Shown in pieces: positions 31,593 to 36,312 of a stretch of DNA of 36,312 nt (its first letter is position 1; every line of letters begins with the position of its first letter). The position numbers and the translations under genes are program-made. The DNA is from Thermoplasmata archaeon (GTDB taxonomy: Archaea > Thermoplasmatota > Thermoplasmata > Thermoplasmatales > B87-G9), in the NCBI GenBank assembly GCA_003649695.1, contig QMSR01000001.1, positions 1 through 36,312 of the forward strand, given 5' to 3'. The notes below the pieces were generated by a model. It did not search any database, was not told the origin of the DNA, and worked only from the letters and a program-made list of their open reading frames with translations.

Positions 31593-32358
31593 CTTCAATC
31601 CTCCTTCTCCAATATCGCATGTCCAACTTTTGCATTGACTCCCATTCAAATCTCTTTTGCAATTCAGGCAGTTCAGCCTCCAATCTCTCCCTCGTCACCT
31701 CTGACCAATCATTTACTCTAAGACATGGCATGTCGTCTAGAATGTCTGTGACCGGAGAACGAAGCACAACAGGGATAGATCCTAAAGCAATAGACTCCCA
31801 ATGACGATGGCAGTCAATTCCAGCACCAGGAGGAGACAGAACATAGTCATGAGACTGAATGTCTTGATAGAACTCACCAATCTCCACGTAATTTTCAGCG
31901 AACCCTCCTTTCGCTGTCGTCCATTCGAGCCCAGCAAATTGTTCATATAGACCCTCACGAGGATTGGGAATTCTTGGAATCTGTCGCATGAAATTCACAT
32001 ACATCAGATTCTTCCTCTCTCTTCTGCCCTCTCGTATCAGCGCGAGACACAATTCTTGAGAATCCCGACTGAACCGGAATCCTATAGGCAGATTCGTGAC
32101 TCTCTGATCATCTACCATAGCATTGTTTGAGAACCAGTGAACCACATTCGGAGGGCATTGTCTCATCATCTCATGAGTAAGAGATGCGTCTGAGAATGAT
32201 GTGAGTAAAATACATGAGCCAAGAGATCTGATCAGATGCAATTTCTCCGCAATCACATGAGTCCGCCCATAGATGATAGGACCAGGAATGACTTCTTCTT
32301 GATCAAATGACTGTCCTGCTATATCAGCATATCGCTGGTTGTCAATCGGTTCAAACAT
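31561..32358 (-). CDS. Exostosin-like (GT47-like) glycosyltransferase candidate
   Basis: YVLSPPGAGIDCHRHWESIALGSIPVV resembles the exostosin C-terminal FCLxPxGxxxxSxRxxEAxxxGCIPV block. Confidence 0.45.
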   Translation of the reverse strand: MFEPIDNQRYADIAGQSFDQEEVIPGPIIYGRTHVIAEKLHLIRSLGSCILLTSFSDASLTHEMMRQCPPNVVHWFSNNAMVDDQRVTNLPIGFRFSRDSQELCLALIREGRRERKNLMYVNFMRQIPRIPNPREGLYEQFAGLEWTTAKGGFAENYVEIGEFYQDIQSHDYVLSPPGAGIDCHRHWESIALGSIPVVLRSPVTDILDDMPCLRVNDWSEVTRERLEAELPELQKRFEWESMQKLDMRYWRRRIEDEIAGLRDPS

Positions 32359-32378
32359 ATCTCTCCATACCTGTAATG

Positions 32379-33032
32379 TTATCCTCTCTTCCTTTCATGG
32401 CCGGGGAAATTGTGACGTTTACGACCTTCATACAGAGCCCTGTCTTTCTTCCATTCCTTCAATGCCCTCATCAAATGGGGTGGCCGTTCTCCTCCATCCC
32501 TCTGCCAATGATCATGGTATTGTGACAGATCTCGTCTCTGCTGAAAGGCGTCAAGCAACACCGCCACCTCTTGTAATTCAGCGTCGCAAAAATAATGGAA
32601 ATATTGATCATAATATGGACCATTGCCGCCATAAGCCTCATCAATAAACCCTCTGCCAATCCAGGGAGAAGGAGCACACTCGTCAATGGAGCCGAACCGA
32701 TCTCCTGTAGGTTGCATGACACCAAACAAATCAGGAAATCTCTCTGCAAATTGCCTTGCGATCGTCTGACAATCAGCTTCTCTCGCAGGGAAAAGGTCGT
32801 CCCCTATACAAACCACCATATCTGCCTTCACCATGCGTGTCAGTACATTGATCGCATTGGGGAAACCCTTCCATTCTCTTGCGACACATACCGCATTACA
32901 TTCAGAAGGTCTGTCCCCAACATTATCCAATAAGACGGCTGTCTTGTATCCTGCTGCCTTCCATCTCTTTGCAGTTTCATTCGCGAGCTTTGGATGAGCA
33001 GAAGGCCATATGGCCCATACATCATACGGCAT
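32379..33032 (-). CDS. Hypothetical protein, possibly another transferase
   Basis: Well-supported ORF (GGAGGAAGGAT RBS). Only a CIGDDLFP acidic motif hints at a function. Confidence 0.5.
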   Translation of the reverse strand: MPYDVWAIWPSAHPKLANETAKRWKAAGYKTAVLLDNVGDRPSECNAVCVAREWKGFPNAINVLTRMVKADMVVCIGDDLFPAREADCQTIARQFAERFPDLFGVMQPTGDRFGSIDECAPSPWIGRGFIDEAYGGNGPYYDQYFHYFCDAELQEVAVLLDAFQQRRDLSQYHDHWQRDGGERPPHLMRALKEWKKDRALYEGRKRHNFPGHERKRG

Positions 33033-33642
33033 ATCCTTCCTCCTTCTGTTTCTTGTTGATGATATTCTTGAACCGTTTCGCCCCTCTGGTGTGCATGATG
33101 ACAGGACTCAGATCCGGTTGGGTCTTTTGTGTGAGTTCTGTGATCCACGTGTACTCCTGCGGCAATTCATAGAACCTGACCTTCGGATTCTGTTTTATTG
33201 CCATCTCCAGAGTACGCTGATCCCAGGCTGCCCGTCCATCTGGCAATTTTTCAGGATATTGCTCATTCAGCTTGATCCAGTCTCTCACCAATATCATACA
33301 CATTTTAGAACCAGAAAAATAGAGCGTCCCAGACAGTAATTCATTTGTCCTGCAGAAATGGACAGCCGCCACATCACAGTCAATGTCTTCCAGTATCAAT
33401 GGAGGGTGGACCATGATAGCGTCGACGTCCAGATACAGAATTGGGAGGCCTCTGTACTTCTTCAGCATTGACAGGATGACCAATGCCTTGTATTGTGTGT
33501 TCTTCTGCCAGCTGCCTAGATTCGGCACTCCCTGGATATCATACTCATATCCATTCGCTTCCAATGACAATTTGAGGGTTTCTGCCTCATGCTCATACGG
33601 AGTATTCTCAGTGAAGTACCCTACCACTTTCACTCGTCTCAT
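33022..33642 (-). CDS. Nucleotide-diphospho-sugar transferase (GT-A fold, DxD)
   Basis: VVGYFTENTPYEHEAETLKLSLEANG ... ILYLDVDAIM, the pattern typical of the Nucleotid_trans-type family. AAGGAGGATATT RBS. Confidence 0.55.
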   Translation of the reverse strand: MRRVKVVGYFTENTPYEHEAETLKLSLEANGYEYDIQGVPNLGSWQKNTQYKALVILSMLKKYRGLPILYLDVDAIMVHPPLILEDIDCDVAAVHFCRTNELLSGTLYFSGSKMCMILVRDWIKLNEQYPEKLPDGRAAWDQRTLEMAIKQNPKVRFYELPQEYTWITELTQKTQPDLSPVIMHTRGAKRFKNIINKKQKEEGYAV

Positions 33643-33653
33643 AATATCCTCCT

Positions 33654-34616
33654 TTACCTATTATCATATACACCTCCACCAAATGCCGAGCCATAAGAAG
33701 GTGTGTCCATTGCCGAAGTCATTGTGTGTTGAACCACTGTAGAATTCCCATCATCAGCTCCATCTGAACTCCGTTTCACTCGCAGTAATACACGAACATC
33801 AGTATCAGCTGAGAAGGGCCCTAGTGCATATCCGAAGAATGCTATATCTACCCTGAACTTTATCTCTTCCTCAATCGGAGTATCCACCAATGGATCAGGG
33901 TCAACTCCTGTGGTGGTGTAATAGAGTTGCCAGGTGTCCGCCTTATCATCACCATCTTTGGCGTAGTGATATTCTGCGGTGACTGTCAATCTATATCCGG
34001 AGGCTTCGCGAACCAAAAGATCTTGAGGAGATGATGGGTCTTGTCTCACAATATTGCCACTGGTGTCTATAGTATATTTCGTAGTGAATTGATCTAGACT
34101 GACTAAATCATATTCATTACGATATCGAACAGTAATATAAACATCTTTCGTCCCCACCAATGGTGGAGTGATGGAATAGTCAAACGGCAATGAGGTGCTC
34201 GTGGCTGCTGGTGGAGCACTGAAGTCAGGGAGAGCATCTTCTCCTATATATAGTTCATATTGACCAACATCAGCCACCCTGTAATACCCATTCAATGTCT
34301 GTGTGTATTTCAGCCATTGCGGAGGCTTGGCAGGTGAGCGACGAGCATGGCCAACGAGCATGCTGGGATGGATTGGTTTTGACGGAAGGAACCTGCAGAA
34401 GACGGAGGGGACCTGCGCGAATATAGTCCCATCTATGGGCTCTGTCGTCTCTCTGCGAATAATTTTGCCGTCGAGGAGACGCATAGGCGGATATTGCGCA
34501 AACAATACCCGCCTGAATGCGTTGACGTTTTTGCCGGCCACATCATTATTCGGTGCGGATGGTTGGCCGTACCTGAAGAACTGTTTTCTACTTCTACGAT
34601 GTGTCCAGCTTGGCAT
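33654..34616 (-). CDS. Hypothetical virion-associated protein, 320 aa
   Basis: Beta-rich, Thr/Ser/Asp-rich composition. Positioned between structural-looking genes. No motif recognised. Confidence 0.55.
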   Translation of the reverse strand: MPSWTHRRSRKQFFRYGQPSAPNNDVAGKNVNAFRRVLFAQYPPMRLLDGKIIRRETTEPIDGTIFAQVPSVFCRFLPSKPIHPSMLVGHARRSPAKPPQWLKYTQTLNGYYRVADVGQYELYIGEDALPDFSAPPAATSTSLPFDYSITPPLVGTKDVYITVRYRNEYDLVSLDQFTTKYTIDTSGNIVRQDPSSPQDLLVREASGYRLTVTAEYHYAKDGDDKADTWQLYYTTTGVDPDPLVDTPIEEEIKFRVDIAFFGYALGPFSADTDVRVLLRVKRSSDGADDGNSTVVQHTMTSAMDTPSYGSAFGGGVYDNR

Positions 34617-34621
34617 TGGAA

Positions 34622-35068
34622 TTACTCCTCAAAGATCATACGAGCTACGGCATTGACGTCAGCCCCTGCAGTCACAGCAATACCCAGGCGATCACCGCCA
34701 TTGATGACGAGTTCACCCCCGAACGGAGCCTGCCAGGTATAGCCGCCTTGCGGGTGGACCTGCTCGCGCATATTGACGTTGCCAGAAGAGGGTTCTGCGG
34801 TCGCGGTGTGCTGAGCCGTGGTCTGCAGGGTCTCGTCTCCGTCCTCGTCGATTTTGACCGGGGTGAGACTGCTCATTGTCCCGGCGTCAGTCTGCTTCAG
34901 CACCTCGACGAGTATCGGTGCAGCGGTGTTTGAAGTCCCATCAAAACTGATTGAGATCTCCTTGACCTTTACTCTGTGATTCGCTGCAGCCACAAGTTGC
35001 AGCAAAGTTTTCTTCGAGGTTCCCGTTGCAACCTCTGCTGTCTGTGCTACTGCTAAAATACCAGCCAT
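34622..35068 (-). CDS. Hypothetical small structural-type protein, 148 aa
   Basis: Compact beta-rich sequence in a visibly more GC-rich segment, next to the fibre-like gene. Confidence 0.55.
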   Translation of the reverse strand: MAGILAVAQTAEVATGTSKKTLLQLVAAANHRVKVKEISISFDGTSNTAAPILVEVLKQTDAGTMSSLTPVKIDEDGDETLQTTAQHTATAEPSSGNVNMREQVHPQGGYTWQAPFGGELVINGGDRLGIAVTAGADVNAVARMIFEE

Positions 35069-35090
35069 TTTCTTCTCCTTTCAAATAAAA

Positions 35091-36312
35091 CTACCAAACT
35101 AAAACATCACTTGGAATTCTGTCTATCGGTCTCGCTATTCTATGCCGCTCCCGTTTATTCAGTAATACCGCTAGAGCTGAATATTCCTCCGTCGGAACGG
35201 TGAAATCAGCTGTCCATCGAGCAATACCATTTGAAATTCTCACCTCGTCAATCCATCCATTGAAATAATTTGTGCCATCTCCAACCTGTCCAATATATAG
35301 ACTGCCTGCAAGATTTGGGTATCCAGCATATGTCGCAGTCGTGCCTAGTTGCAGGCCATCCGCAAATAGATACCAGGTGGAGCCACTGCGAACGACCGCG
35401 ACATGATGCCAGGTGTCGGCAGATGGTGTCCATGCACGATACATATCCAGCACCCATACACCTCCGGAATAGATTGAAAATTCAAGACCATTTGTGGTAT
35501 TGTAATCAAATCGCAGTAGATTTGATGCGTCCTGATATTGTGCGATGAATACAGCACTCGTCGGCGTGCCGTTAAAGCGGACCCAACAATCCCAAGTGAA
35601 ATCACCGCTATGATACCAATCATCAGAATCAAGAACTGTCAGATAATCACCAGTCCCGTCAAACTTTCCACTCGCCCCACCGAATTTATATTGACTAGAA
35701 TCAATCTGTGCATCGCCATTCGCTGTTACAGTATGAGGTGAAAATGAGTCATCAACGAATGTTGTGGCACCTCCATTCAGGTGCAATAGTAATTTTGTAT
35801 TGGCATCAGAAGAATATTCCGCAGAAGGAACAGTGAAACCTGCTGTCCAACGCGCACTATCAGAGATTCTCACCTCATCCAGATATCCCTCAAATTTGTA
35901 TAGTGACCCACCACTCCAACCACCGATATAAAAATCTTGACCGGTCAGATTATTGACACTCTCGGTACTAGTCTGGTCGCCACCCTCTTGTGTCCCGTTG
36001 ACAAATAGTTTCCAGGTTGAACCTGTTCTGACTACAGCGACATGATACCACGTATCAATAGCCAATGTTGTCGTCCCTGTGATAATGACACCTACTCCAG
36101 CATTCTGAAAGAAAAACCGGAATTTGCCGAGGTTCACATCAAGGAATAATTGATTGTTGCTGGATAGATACCTGCTGAAAATAGTGTCCCCGCCTGAATC
36201 TGTCGTGGTACGTCGACACCAACAATCCAAGGTGAAATCACCTGTCCCAAAATCAAAATCTGTAGATGATGCAACAACCAGATCATCATTTGTCCCGTCC
36301 AATACCAAACTG
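35091..36312 (-). CDS. Tail-fibre / receptor-binding-type protein with two tandem LamG (concanavalin-A-like lectin) domains; 5' end outside the window
   Basis: The pattern is seen twice: GDFT(L/W)DCW ... W(Y/H)HVAVVR(T/S)GSTW(K/Y)LF(V/A)(N/D)G ... (L/I)DEVRIS ... RWTA(G/D)FTVP(S/T)(A/E)EYS. The reading frame stays open to the window edge. Confidence 0.75.
   Translation of the reverse strand, partial: SLVLDGTNDDLVVASSTDFDFGTGDFTLDCWCRRTTTDSGGDTIFSRYLSSNNQLFLDVNLGKFRFFFQNAGVGVIITGTTTLAIDTWYHVAVVRTGSTWKLFVNGTQEGGDQTSTESVNNLTGQDFYIGGWSGGSLYKFEGYLDEVRISDSARWTAGFTVPSAEYSSDANTKLLLHLNGGATTFVDDSFSPHTVTANGDAQIDSSQYKFGGASGKFDGTGDYLTVLDSDDWYHSGDFTWDCWVRFNGTPTSAVFIAQYQDASNLLRFDYNTTNGLEFSIYSGGVWVLDMYRAWTPSADTWHHVAVVRSGSTWYLFADGLQLGTTATYAGYPNLAGSLYIGQVGDGTNYFNGWIDEVRISNGIARWTADFTVPTEEYSALAVLLNKRERHRIARPIDRIPSDVLVW

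Noticed and set aside
34622-35068. Locally GC-rich segment as a sign of horizontal acquisition
   Set aside because: The boundaries coincide with a single, probably highly expressed structural gene. There are no flanking repeats or mobility genes. I could not compute composition statistics here.

Overview
This window looks like a segment of a tailed dsDNA bacteriophage genome. Every gene I can support lies on the minus strand. Packing is tight: many ATGA or TAATG stop/start overlaps and AGGAGG-type ribosome-binding sites.

Gene order, reading in the direction of transcription (right to left):
1. End of a virion module: a tandem LamG-domain fibre-like protein (5' end outside the window) and two structural-looking proteins.
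2. A five-gene glycosyltransferase/sulfotransferase block.
3. A structured terminator-like region, then a sigma70-like promoter and three tiny genes.
4. A second promoter, then a sigma-like factor, SNF2 ATPase, an unlisted 54-aa RHH protein, primase, a wHTH initiator-like protein and a DnaB-like helicase.
5. An acidic/basic low-complexity protein and a terminator.
6. A complete 7-deazaguanine DNA-modification operon: queC, queD, queE, a PRTase-folE fusion, queF, dpdA.
7. A beta-clamp-like protein, a family A DNA polymerase split into two ORFs with an N-terminal UDG-like domain, and a clamp loader.
8. A UvsY-like protein, a gp32-like SSB, a RecA/UvsX-like protein, a FEN and an Hjc-like resolvase.
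9. A Rad50-like ATPase split at its zinc hook, with Mre11 and five small genes between the halves.
10. About 20 small, mostly Cys-rich ORFs, then a terminator.

Most worth follow-up:
- The phosphoribosyltransferase domain fused to GTP cyclohydrolase I inside the deazaguanine operon.
- The glycosyltransferase plus PAPS-type sulfotransferase block, which appears to be co-transcribed with the virion genes.
- The split Rad50 and the split UDG-exo/polymerase.
- The gp32-like SSB with a tandem acidic/basic repeat tail, which shares a 49-nt identical segment with a second gene.
- Several non-coding repeat systems: ori-like palindromic repeats inside the initiator gene, a 15-bp-phased CAACCCTTTT array, and a duplicated ~140-bp promoter block.

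All assignments come from motif recognition by eye. No database search was run.
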